The notes under the pieces: generated by a model
What the model saw: only the letters and a program-made list of their open reading frames with translations
Told to the model about the DNA's origin: nothing
Databases searched by the model: none
Part shown: positions 12,861 to 25,084 of the stretch, piece by piece
Layout: every line of letters starts with the position of its first letter
Position numbering within the stretch: the stretch's first letter is position 1
Assembly: GCA_010093995.1 (NCBI GenBank)
Contig: ML992501.1
Location: 2,685,194-2,749,193, forward strand
From: Elsinoe ampelina
Taxonomy: Eukaryota
Reading direction: 5' to 3'
DNA length: 64,000 nt
Made by a program: the position numbers and the translations under genes

Positions 12861-15339
12861 ATGGGGCTTTCGATCATTGACGCCCAGCGGGATAGTGAGT
12901 GTAACTCGACAAGCATGGGAAATTGGCGCTGATACCAGCGCAGTAATAATACAGACGATCCGATCCACTACCCGCGGAGAAGTGTGTTACCTACACCAGA
13001 ACTGTCTTACTCAGGCGCTGACCCTCCCGCAGTGGAAGGTCCTCATAGTCGACGAGGATTCGAGGCGGATACTGGACAATGTCATCAAGCAAGATGACAT
13101 CCTCAATGAGAACATCACAAGTCAGCTCGCGAACACTCCCCATCCAGGGTTGGTCTGACTGGGAGCAGATATTGAGAACATTGAAGACCGGCGGCAGCGG
13201 AATCCAGAGCTCGATGCGGTCTATCTGCTCTCGGCGAAGCCGCACATCGTTGACTGTGTAATGGCCGACTTCGAGAAGAGAAGATACCGGAGAACGAACC
13301 TTATATGGACCTCAGTACCGCATCCGTCCCTGCGAGATCGAATAGATAAGTCACCAGTCGCAAGAGAGCAGATTTCCACATTCAAGGTCCTCAACGTCGA
13401 CTTCTATCCCCGAGAATCGCATCTCGTCACATTCAGGGACCCATGGGAATTCCCTGTCTTCTTCCACCCGGATTGCAATGGTCATGTCCGCAAGCAGATA
13501 GAGGACGTAGCACAAAAGGTGAGCAATGACAATCGGGCGATCGCAGGGGGCTGACGAAGGTCACATCAGATAGTGGGAGTATGCGTGGCGCTTGGCGAGT
13601 ACCCTACCATTCGCTACTACAAGCCCAACGCTGCACGCCACGAAGCAAGTGTGCTGGCTTTACACCTAGCGAGATTCATTCAGCAGGAACTGGACATGTA
13701 TGCTAAGTTTCACCAAGACTTCCCACCGCCATCGACGCGACCGCGAGGAGCGCTGTATATTGTGGATAGGTCGATAGACGTCATGGCGCCCTTTCTACAC
13801 GAGTTCACATACCAGGCTATGGTATTCGATCTATTGCCGATCCGAGATGGAGACAAGGTGACTTACAAGACGGTCGTCAATGAAGGTCGACGGGATCAAG
13901 AGTCGAAAGATGCAGAGATTTCTGAGAACGACAAGATCTGGGTGCAGAATCGGCATCAGCACATGAAGGACACAATCGAGAAGCTCATGGGCGACTTTCA
14001 GAAGTTTATTGACTCGAATCCACACTTCACGAAGCAGGACAGCGACAATGCGAACAGTCTGAATGCTATAAAGGACATGTTGGCTGGACTTCCAGAGTTT
14101 CAGGAAATGAAGGAAGCGTATTCATTGCATCTAAGCATGGCTCAAGACTGCATGAACATTTTCCAGAAGAACAAACTACCAGATCTGGCATCTGTTGAGC
14201 AGGTCCGCAATGCACTTGAATCCGTTGGCCCATACACTGACTCTCTATAGATCCTGGCCACCGGTTTAGACGAAGATTATCGCAAACCAAGGAATCTTGC
14301 AGACCAAATCGTCAGGACGCTAGACGATGATGCGGTAACACCACAAGATCGATTACGGCTACTCATATTGTATCTCATCTATCGAGACGGCCTTCTTCCT
14401 GCCGATCTTACCAAGCTCCTACTGCACGCACAGCTTCCTCCTTCCGAACAGCAGACCATGTCTCAACTTGTACATCTGGGTGTTTGCACTACCCGCGCCC
14501 TCAAAGAGGCGCGGCCACCACCAATACCCCCATTCCCGTTCCAACCGCCTCTCAACAATCTCGGGCAGGAGGAGTATGCCCTTTCTCGCTATATACCCGC
14601 TATAGCTTCTCTACTATCAGCACATGCTTCATCAACTCTCGATCCCGCCATCTTCCCATACACGAAGCCTCCTCTCGAGGACCCTAGCGATCCTACAACA
14701 CAGTCCGCAACATCTCTCCGAACAGCCAAGCCAACATGGGCGAAGAAGTCATCATCGTCCGAACCTCGACAACGAGTGATCGTGTATATCGCGGGCGGCG
14801 CAACCTATTCCGAAGCACGAAGCTGTTATGAGGCGTCCGCGAAGCACAATAAAGAAGTCATTCTCGTGACGAGTCACATGATAACCCCTTCCGGCTTCAT
14901 CCAGCAACTCGCCTCCTTGGGCTGGGATAAGCGCCGCCTCGGTCTACCCTCGGAGCGACCTCCGAAGCAGGCTCCGAAGCATCTCTTCGAAGACGAGCGC
15001 CGCCCAGCCGAGCCACAAGGGTCTGGTAACGGGCATTCTCAACCTCAAGCCGCACACTCGCACCACTCTACGACATCTGGACAGCGTAGAGGACAGGGCG
15101 GGTTCGGCGCCGCGCAACCGACATCGATAGCACCGAACGCAGACTTTGACTCCTCGGCTCGCATGAGACCACCCGAGCCTCCTGCAGCTGGGATCGCAAA
15201 TATGAGACTCAATGGTGGGGCGAGTCCGGCACTCAGCCAGGCGAGCAGTGCTGGTAGTCCCAAGCTAGGCTCAAATAAGCTCAGCAAAGATCCCGAGAAG
15301 AAGAAGAAACATCACTTCTTCGGGAAGTCGAAGTCATAG
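12861..15339 (+). CDS. SEC1: Sec1/Munc18 family exocytic SM protein (multi-exon)
   Basis: MGLSIIDAQRD start, WKVLIVD, LGEYPTIRY, PFLHEFTYQAM, RHQHMKDTI, IAGGATYSEARSCYE and a basic C-terminal tail KKKKHHFF. Introns join the ORF pieces. Confidence 0.93.
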
Positions 15340-15685
15340 CGGCACTCCAGCGATGTGTGAGACATGTAGATAGTGGCGAATGTGGTTGTTTCCACCTTAG
15401 CGGCTTGATTCAATGGATAGCGCGGGCGCCCCGATCCGGTTTGTCGGCCCTAATTTGCCTCTCAATGCAGGTAGCAAGTCGAAAGTGCTCGAGTCATTCA
15501 TGTTCCACGACCAAGTGAAAGCTGACTAAGCACGACTACCATCAAGCCAGCAATGCACCGAGCCAGGTGACGTAGGACATGTGACCGCTAGAGCGACAGA
15601 TGCTTCCACATGGTGGTCATAACGGTGTCGTCACATTGTCTGGTAATTAAGACAAGTTGACTCGAACAAGCGCTATCACTTGGAT

Positions 15686-18247
15686 TCACGGACCACCAGC
15701 AACGCAAACCCCATAACCCAACCACAACCCCTCACAATTCGTCCCGGCATTTGGATTCCACCTATAGAACGTATCCAGATCAATGCCGTACAGCTGTGTG
15801 ATACTCCAGCAGCCATCCCCCGACTGCACAGTGTAGTACGTCGAACACGTCGTAGGAGTGCCTGGTAGGATTGGAGCTGCCGGTGTCGTGGTCGCGGCTG
15901 CGCTCGTGGATGTAGAGGTCGGGCCTTCGACACAGTAAGCGTATCCTAGCCATAAACTCTCGCATCGTGCGTCGACTGGAAATGGTCAGTATGGGGTTCA
16001 GGATATTTATGTGGTTGCGGTCGGCACTTACCTGCGGGGTTCCATGCGTAGAATTGTTCGAAGGTGAGGCCGAAACGGCTGTATACGTTGGCGCAAGTAT
16101 CACCCTCGACGACGGTGTAGAAGCGGGTACAGTCTCTCACAATACCTGTTTGTGTTGGTCCCGTTGGCGCAGTGGCTGTCTTGGTGGGAGGTGTGGTTGA
16201 TGGCATGGATCCAGTTGGTGTGACGGTCGGTGCAGTATCGTTGGTCCGTATGCAGATAGACCGCTCTGCGTTTTCGGTCAGGTCCACGAAAAGATTTGTC
16301 TCGCAATCGGATGCTAGCCATGGGTTGTATTCGACCAGTTGTGCTTGAGTTATTCCGCCATCCTCGGCCACCTGTTCGCAATTGACGTCTACGGGCGGGT
16401 TAGCGTGCGGTGTGTCTGACGAGAATGAGACTTACATCCTTTGTCCCGTCCAGCAACGATCGTAAAGCATGAACAGCTAGCTACCGTGCCAGGGTAGATC
16501 TCTTCTACGACTAGACATTTGTTGTCGGTCGTGTTTTGCACTGCAGCTAATTAGCTAATTGCAAAGATACCCAACGGCTTCTACAAACCCGGAACCTCCG
16601 AGCCGTCCCATGCACAATAGCTGTATCCAGGCTGCAGGGCACATGGAGTGACAGATTGAAGACTGGGATTCCAGGATAGAAATGCTTCCATGTCCACATC
16701 GTAGCCAGAGGCGACGAAGTCACATGCATTGATCATATCAGTTGCAATGCTTGGGTCCAGACTCTGAGACTGATCCGTGATGCCGACTACTGGGAAATAA
16801 TCCACCAACGCCTTGCAATTCGCAACGGTGCCGGGAGCAGTAGGCAAGGGCGTATAGGGTGGCCGCGTGGGTAATGCTGGTGGATTGGGCCAGGTAGTTG
16901 TGTTAAATTGTCGCGGTGGAAGCGTATATGCTTGAGAAGTTGTTGGATATCCTGAATAGGTAGAGACAGATCCCACAGCCCGGACGCAATACGCCAGACC
17001 CAACAGCAAATTTGTGCAATTGGAATCGATCTGTGGGTTGAGAAAGAGAAAATCCTGCAGTAGAATCTCTTCTTTCAATGAGACGTCTGCGCAATTGTCT
17101 CCGCTCTGGATGGTGTACCATCGAGCACAGCGTGCGTTCGATTCCGGGGGCGCGTTCGTTGGCTTGGCCGCTGGAGTGGTTGGTACAGCGGTAGTCACGG
17201 TCATAGAGGCGCTGATACTGCTCTGTGGACCGCCTGGCGGGCTATATGGGCACTTCTGTCAGAATCCGCCGACAACTAAGCTACACGAAAGACGGCTCAC
17301 CTGATGCAAATATGGCTACCGAACAATTTCGGTAGATTACCGCACAATGGGTAGATGTTGGCGTTCCAGTCAACGATATTAGCACCTGTAAGTCCCGGTC
17401 TCGCGCTGGTGATGAGGTCGCACGAATCCAGATCCTGAACCTGGTAGATCTCACAAGGCTGCGGAAGACATAATGACACACCAGGTCGTAAATTGGAGCA
17501 GGTGCGATCTAGACCACCAGCTCTGATGATACTAAAAGTCGGTACACGTTGCGACATAGCTATGGATTCGCATGTGTCCCCTTCCTTGACCTGGTAGGGA
17601 CTGTCGCAGGTAGGTGCAGTGGTAGGTAGTCGGGGATCCACAGCTGTTGCGTTCAGGGCGTACGAGGTTGGAGATACGTATGAGTAGCCAGTCGCAGCAC
17701 AGCTAGATGTGGTAGATGCGAAGTCGCTGGCGAACATCGCATCGTACCCGAACGGCGAGGCGAGCTGCAATTGTGCGACTCCGAGCATACAGTCCGAGCA
17801 ATTTTGGGCTCCCGAGAGTACCGATTGATTGAGCCAGGACACGAATATCTCATCGCAAAAAACTCCAGAGGCCACATCCTTCCTGCACGACAAATCGTAT
17901 GTGTACAAAAACCGATTCGCAATCATTGTCGCAGGCCAAGTGATGCCTTCGTACTGTATTACGTCGCTGGGCCCCGAGCAACTTTTTGAAATGGTGTCTC
18001 GGACAGCGACAAGCGAGGACTGACATTGAGCTGTGCATAGTTCCGTCGATTGTTGTGGAGCGAGACGCATGTTGTCGATTGCAGCATCACTAAGAAAGAA
18101 CGGGCACCCTGCCACGGTAGTGTTGAGGGCAGTCATGCAATCAGCGGACATGCCGGGATAATCGACGGCATGCGTTACACCGTCTAGTTGCTGAGCCGTG
18201 GTAGGTCCTGGCGTGAGGAGTAATGCAAAGATCATGGCATCGAACAT
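15686..18247 (-). CDS. Secreted multi-LysM (CBM50) protein, about 7 LysM modules, multi-exon
   Basis: Signal peptide MFDAMIFALLLTPGPTTA and a Cys-rich N-domain. Fungal LysM repeats: YQVKEGDTC, YQVQDLDSC, YTIQSGDNC...LNPQI, WNPSL, YNPWL, YTVVEGDTC...WNPA. The last exon reads YTVQSGDGC...WNPNAGTNCEGLWLGYGVCVAGGP*. Confidence 0.88.
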
Positions 18248-19527
18248 CTTGGGCAGGTGTGATGCTTGACCCAGAATCGTGCAACGAGATGGTGTACTGG
18301 TAGTGCAAGGGGAGCTGTGAAGCAGAGAGAGCAGTGCCAAATTGACGAAGAGGAAGTAGTTGAGTCTTGCAATCTACCACGCCACCGAGTGGTGATCTGT
18401 CTTCATAGGCTGCGGGGCAAACAATATTACCGTACGAACAACAGATTGTGATGTTCGTTACCAGCACTTACAGAGCCTAGCATGCATTGTTCCACCCGGC
18501 GTGGCACGGTAGGTAGCATTCATCCCTCCGGCATTATTATTCGGAAATGCAATTGCAGGGGGGTGATTGACGCCTGGAGCAGCCGGCAATACTAGTAGGT
18601 AACCCAGCGGACTAGTCTCGGATTGTCCTGAGACCATTGCGGACCCTCTTGAAGTGCCGCACTAGGACTATCTCCTGCGACAACCTAGTACACGTCCGCG
18701 GCGCAGCTGATCCACGTTCCGTACAGCACGGCGAATGGCAGACTTTGACTGAGACCCATATCGACCGGTACCTGCGGCTATCGAAGGCTGCGAGGGAATT
18801 TGGCTGAAGCTGACCGGTGAAATAGATTGACAGATCCGTGGGACATCTGTGACCAAGCTCAATGAATCCCTGCCATATTCCTGCATATGCTGCCGATTCG
18901 GGCGTGACTTGAACCAGGTGAAGTGCAGATCTGTCACTGGCGGCACAGCAGGAAATCTGCCCTGAAATCACAAGCGGCAGGCAAACGCCAAGAGATTTCT
19001 CATGCAGGGACTGGAGGCCAAAGCTCTTCCGTTCCTGCATTCGTTCAGCTGAGCACTGACCTCTTCCGCTCTTTTCCTGGGGCAACTGTGCCTCATGGAC
19101 CACATCACACCACACCATGTGTGGATCCTATCCGTCAACGAACTTCCAGGAATTGATCTCATAAGGCACAGTTGCTAACCAGACAACCCTTGCAGATCGA
19201 AATGGCACTAGTCTCAAGGGCTGAGTGCAAGCGCTCAGCTAGTTGGAGGTCAATCATGGCGTAGACTGGGACTGTAACTGAACACCTCCCAGCGATGCCG
19301 GTCCGTCTCCGTGCCTCAATGAAGATAGCCAGGCTATGGCTGCTTCTGTCGTGTCTCCACTGGGATCTTCTCACATGGAAGGAGGGTCTGGCAATCTTGT
19401 TCCCGGCGGCGCAGTTCAACACTCCCTGCAGTATTAGCTTTAACAATTCATTTCATGTTGGCACTGCACTCTACAAGTCCTTTCCTCCCTGGCAATCCTG
19501 GGATACTTCTTCGCCCTGCACACGATC

Positions 19528-22500
19528 ATGGCTGGCGGTACAAGGTTGATTGAGGTCAGCGTGGCCCTCTTGACTGTGCTTCTAGTCGTTCTGTCGAAAT
19601 ACCATGGCGAATCTTTTGCCAATCAGAAAACGATCAAATTGCAAGCCAGAGGCTTTGAGCGTCTGTCCTATGAGTCCGGCTTGACGGACCATTCCAACCT
19701 CACACGCCGCCAAGACTATTCTTGTAGCGCCGACAGGCCTTGTAGCAACGGCGCCTGCTGTGGGAGCTCTGGGTTCTGCGGTTATGGCCAGACCTATTGT
19801 GGTGCGGGTTGTCAATCAAATTGCGATGCCTTCGCCGAGTGCGGCGTAGATTCACGCCCTTCTGGTAAAACTTGTCCACTCAACACTTGCTGTAGCGAGT
19901 TCGGCTTCTGCGGAACGACAGAGGTACGTCCTGATCAAAATTCAGTGGTGGATGATTGATACTGAGATGACAGGACTTCTGCACCGGCGGATGCCAGTCA
20001 AATTGTGACCTTCATCCTGCACCTCCGGGTGGTTCCCCAAAGGGACAGGCTTTGAGAAAAGGTGAGATCCCCCGGTAGAAAGCAGTCGTTGTTGACGATT
20101 GACGCCGTTCAGTCATTGGCTACTATGAATCTTGGAGCGATCGTCTTGCCTGTCACAAGATGTCACCGTCTGATCTGCCTTTGAACGAGCTCACACATAT
20201 CAATTTCGCTTTTGCGTTCATCTCGCCAGAAACGTTTGAGCTGGTGCCTATGGACTCGCAAACGCCCGAAAGCCTATTTCGCGCCACCGTGGAGACGAAG
20301 CAGATCAATCCGTACCTCTCGGTGTGGTTGAGTGTTGGTGGATGGACCTTCTCCGACAATGGCACTGTGACCCAACCACTCTTTGGTCAAATAGCCTCGA
20401 CTGAGGCGAATCGTCGTCGCTTCGCAGACAATGTGGTCACATTTTTGAACAAGTACGGGTTCGATGGGTCTGTAGCAACGGCAATCCTGGATCACGGGAC
20501 AATTTATTGACGATGTGCAGACTCGATGTCGACTGGGAGTACCCCGGCGCTCCGGATCGGGGCGGAAATCCAGAGGATGTGCCAAACTTTGTGCTAATGA
20601 TGGGAGCTCTACGGGCAGCTTTCAATGCATCACCGAGAGCACTTGGCCTCACCTTCACTGTGCCTGCGTCGTACTGGTATCTTCGCTGGTTCGATCTGCC
20701 CGGTCTTCTGAAACATTCGGACTGGCTCAACGTTATGAGTTATGATCTCCATGGGGTCTGGTAGGTGGAACGGGGAAGCCTGGCATGTCCTGAGCATTTG
20801 CTAATCTTGTTCCCCAGGGATCGTGACAACCCAATCGGCAACATTGTACAGGGTCACACGAATCTTACTGGCATCAAAAGCGCTGCTGAACTCCTGTGGC
20901 GAAATGGCGTACGACCGGAACAGGTCGTGCTAGGCTATGGTTTCTACGGCAGATCTTTTGAACTGTCCGATCCGGCCTGTTCTACACCTGGCTGCCGCTT
21001 TAGCGGTGGGGCCCGGCCAGGTCCCTGCTCTGCAACAAGTGGAATCCTGATGTACTACGAGATCAAAGCCATCCTCGAACAGGTCCCAAACCTGAAGCCT
21101 ATACACGACAAAGAGGCAGCTGTAAAGTACCTTGTATTTGACGAAAACCAATGGGTATCTTACGACGATGCCGAGACGTTCAAACAGAAAATGGATTGGG
21201 CAAATAATATAGGCATAGGTGGATCTATGATATGGGCGTCTGACACAGACGACGACGACTACACAGCCATGTCTGGGCTTATTGGCAAGCCGGTTGCTCA
21301 TCCAGATACATCGTTAGAAGCGATTGTCAAAAGCCCGGTCGCCAGTGCTCAGAATCTGGTAGGTATGACTGGACAGCAGTGCGAAATGACAACACAGTGC
21401 ATCTTCGATGATCGACCCGGATGTCAGTCCGGCTGGGTCGAGGTTGGTTGGGATCGAGCAGGCTGTGGTGTGAGTCTCGGATCGTGACTTTGAGCCACCA
21501 TCAACTGAATCTTTCAAGAACGGCCGCAAGCCCATTTGTTGCCCAGCGGATCGTGCACCAGGCTTCTGCACCTGTAAGTCACGATCCACTGATTGCAATG
21601 CTCGGACAACTGACAACACCATCAGGGCGAGGCTCCGGCGGCGACTGCAACGGGCAGTGTCACCCTGGAGAATCGACGCTCTTCAGATCGTCCTGGTAGG
21701 GGTCTTCGTTCCTATGGCATACTGCCCGCTGATGCTGACTCTCAAGGGGCGGAGGATTTGAGGCAGAAAGCAGTGCCGAGAAGAAATGCAGCCGAGGCAT
21801 CAAGGTCTTCTGCTGCGAAGCAAGCGCTTGGCGGGTAGTGACAGACGGCTGTTACATGTCAGACTGGTAGGCCCCAAGAATATCCCACACTGAAGAGCGC
21901 TAACAGTTCCCGAGTGGCGGCCAGTGTCGATCCGGCGATCGTGAATTGTATCAAACCCGAGGCCTTTGCAACTTCTACAAGTCTCGTATGGCAGTCATAA
22001 CGTATCACCAAGAAATACAAGCTCACGTATCTTTCCAGGAGCCAAATGTTGTCCTGCCGATACGCTGCTGTACGACTGCACTTGGAGAGGCACAGCACCT
22101 GACTGTGCAGACGCCAAATGCGAGAAGGATGAAGTGGCAGTGGATCTCGAGAGTCAAGGTGGTAGCGGACGCGGGTGTAGCTGTGAGTCTGATCTGCGTC
22201 GTGCGAAACGATACTAATCTTGATAAGGGGGTCGCAAGAAAACATCTTGCTGCAAAGTCAAATATCGGGGTGCACCTCCATTACAATGCCCGATCACTAC
22301 TTGTGACCTTGAGCCAGGCCTCTGCAACGATGACGCCAAGTTTCAGGATCTTCGTAAGAGGCAAGACAGCGAGAAGGTGGGACACCACGCTACAGGAGAA
22401 GGTCATCTGGTCGATGATGAAGAGAGCTATCTAGCAGATTACGAAGAGAACGACCCAACAGAGGACGGGCATCATCGTCTGGAGAAGCGCGGGTCTGGCC

Positions 22501-23636
22501 GCGACTTTTGGGTCACTTTGAAGAGTGGGAAACGGATTCTCATTCGATCTCTGGGGTATCCGGATCCCGAACAGTATTGGAATGCGGCTAGGAATGGTGC
22601 CGGAGCCCTTGCTGGCTGGTATGTGATGAACTCTCAGGCGTGTGGCGCTCCTCGAGTCACCTTTGTGCCGTTTCAAGGCATGAATGAACGTCCGCCAAAC
22701 GGTCAGGTCGAACACGTCGGTCCTGTAAGTCTCGCCCGTCCTTACAATTCGAAAGCGCTGACGCCGTCGACAGGTCAGTGGACTGTCCCGTTGGATGATG
22801 CAAGCAAGCCACGCGCTCTTCTGGCGACCCAGATCCCCACGGAATGCTATACCTATAGGACCTCCCACACCCCCTGGACCCATCCCGGACGAATTTTGGC
22901 AGAACATCTGGAACAACGCTAGAGCATTACCAAATGAAATCGGTGGTGGCAGAAGTCCAAACCAAATGGTATTCGGAGCCTTTGGTACTAGACAAGATTA
23001 TGAGCCATACGCGATGTTGCAGAACACTCTCAATCGGCTGAAAGGCCAGATCGAAGTGTTCCGCAGACCTATGGCTCCCGAAGTCCGCGATGGACACCTG
23101 GAGAATCTCCAACGAGGTGATATGGGAGCAAGGGAAGAGCTACTTAGACCACTTCGGGAGGTGAGATGCGCCAAACTGGTGCAGAAAAGACAGTTTTACT
23201 GACAGCGGACCTCCAGACAAGGGCTGTGTTCGAGTATCTGAACCAAGATGCTGTCATAACCAGACTGGATAATACCGCCACAAGGGTTTACCTCACCCTG
23301 CGGACCATTGAAGAGAACACGCGAGGTGGTGAAGGGTAAGCAATTGTGTATTGGTCGCAATTCGCCACTAACAAAACCTTAGCCTGGCCGCACATTGGAA
23401 CCTCTTCTGTGAGTATTCGATTCTTGCTGCCCTTCTTTCTTGCTTCTGATCTAATCTATCAAGATCCGCACTACTACGCCCAGGTTTCGGAATTCGTAAG
23501 AGATTGGGGCTTAGGCTTTGTTAGAGTTGTGCGGGAACGATATGGCAATCCCGGACCGTCGGACGACTCATTTCTCAAGGAATTGAAGGAATTGGAGGAC
23601 AGCATCAAAGATTGGAAGTATCCCTTCGAGAATTAA
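19528..23636 (+). CDS. GH18 subgroup-C (killer-toxin-like) chitinase with CBM18 domains, Cys-rich middle region and C-terminal domain of unknown function; many introns
   Basis: Hevein/CBM18 motifs CSNGACCGSSGFCG and CPLNTCCSEFGFCG. THINFAFA and SVGGW motifs, catalytic FDG-LDVDWEYPG across an intron, MSYDLHG, WVSYDD and IWASD. Confidence 0.92.
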
Positions 23637-23647
23637 GCAGTCCTCTA

Positions 23648-24424
23648 TCAATATCTAAAAACAGTCGGAGGGCGCTGATAGACGAAAGTCCAGATATCTG
23701 GCATACCCGACATATAAATGTAGAACGAATAGCTAATGCAGCCAATTGCGCTCTTCATCCAGCCCACATCGTGCTCACGTATTCCACCAATCTCATCGTA
23801 CATCCTCTCCTCAGGTTCCTCTTCGTCGCCCCGAGGCTGCCACGCAGCTTGGATGAGCTTCACATGGGCTTTCGTGTCCAATGGATTGATCGATGGGCCT
23901 TCACGCTTGAACTGCTCGAGTACTTCCCCGTCAACCTGGAAGAAGAATTCGTACCGAGGGGTCTCCACGATACCCTGGTAGAGCTCTGCGCGAGGTTGCT
24001 CTCGCAGGCATGCTGCTGACCTCCACTGTTTGAAATGCCGTCTCAGGTCCTCGCGGGATGCATTGTCGAATTTTGCTGCATCGTCGTCGAAGAAGGTCAG
24101 GTCCACGGTTTCCGATATGACAGGATCTCCGAGCTTCCCGACAGCCTGTTTCATACGTTCGAGGAGAAATGTGCGAAAGTCAGACCAGACCTGCTGGTCG
24201 CTGTATGAAGTGCGATAGATGACCCAGCCCCATTTATCAAGTTTCTGTTCTCGGAGAAGCTCGAGCAGTTCATGTGCTTCCGAGGTGACAGACATTTCGT
24301 TGAATCGGTTGATGCGACTGACCAAACTTGAAGGGTGCAAGCCCGCACGAGCAGGGCTTATGTTTCGGAGGCCTGAGAGCAGACACTGGGGACGCACTGC
24401 TCTAGTGACGAACGCAGTTAACAT
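23648..24424 (-). CDS. Hypothetical 'KWGWVIYRTSY' family protein, copy 1 (possible mitochondrial presequence; alternative ATG at 24295)
   Basis: Intronless ORF, strongly similar to 25085-25885 (LDKWGWVIYRTSYxDQ, NASRxxLRxHFKxWR, REQPR, RYExFFQVD). Confidence 0.8.
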   Translation of the reverse strand: MLTAFVTRAVRPQCLLSGLRNISPARAGLHPSSLVSRINRFNEMSVTSEAHELLELLREQKLDKWGWVIYRTSYSDQQVWSDFRTFLLERMKQAVGKLGDPVISETVDLTFFDDDAAKFDNASREDLRRHFKQWRSAACLREQPRAELYQGIVETPRYEFFFQVDGEVLEQFKREGPSINPLDTKAHVKLIQAAWQPRGDEEEPEERMYDEIGGIREHDVGWMKSAIGCISYSFYIYMSGMPDIWTFVYQRPPTVFRY

Positions 24425-25084
24425 TGATAGCAGAGGCGTTGAGATCTCAGCTCCAGTGCAAGGTTGGTGTACATGGATTGGTACCTTACTTTCTGAAGAC
24501 ACCGCTTGTAAATATACCAGACCCACTCTGCGGCTCAGCAGGGTCCGCAATTTACGCTCTTATTAACCACGAGCCGTTCACAATCAAGAGAATATGACCT
24601 CTTCGACATATCACAAGACAAAATCTCAAGTCTGGGACATCTGCTTCAGCACACTTGGTTGCGCAAAGTCGTCCGCGTCACGTGATGGACCCACTTCGTC
24701 GCCCGCCGCACCATTTGCATGAAGATTCGGCTTGAAAAAGCGCAAATCGCCCTCGATTTCGTGAGAAGCATATGCCACCACCATTGGCTGCTGGTACATC
24801 GGTAGTCCGGCAACGCAGTAGTCGGGCTTACCAATAGCGCAATCGTGGTGACTGCTCGTCCTGTTTGCAAGAGATAAAGTGCATATGGCGGAGTCTTCGA
24901 ATGGGTTGTCAATATGTTAGGGCGGTGAGTATGATGAGAAGAACCTTTTCCAAATCAGTCACGTGACTACATGGCCAATTCGACCCGCCACTCATCTTGC
25001 AACAAGCTTTCGTAATTCTACATATATATGGGTCTGATGGTATGCTCACAGTTTGTCTGAGACTCCATGTACACAATACTCCTA

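Noticed and set aside
18400..19500. ORFs in the LysM-chitinase divergent interval
   Set aside because: The translations look random, and the region is best explained as a shared promoter.
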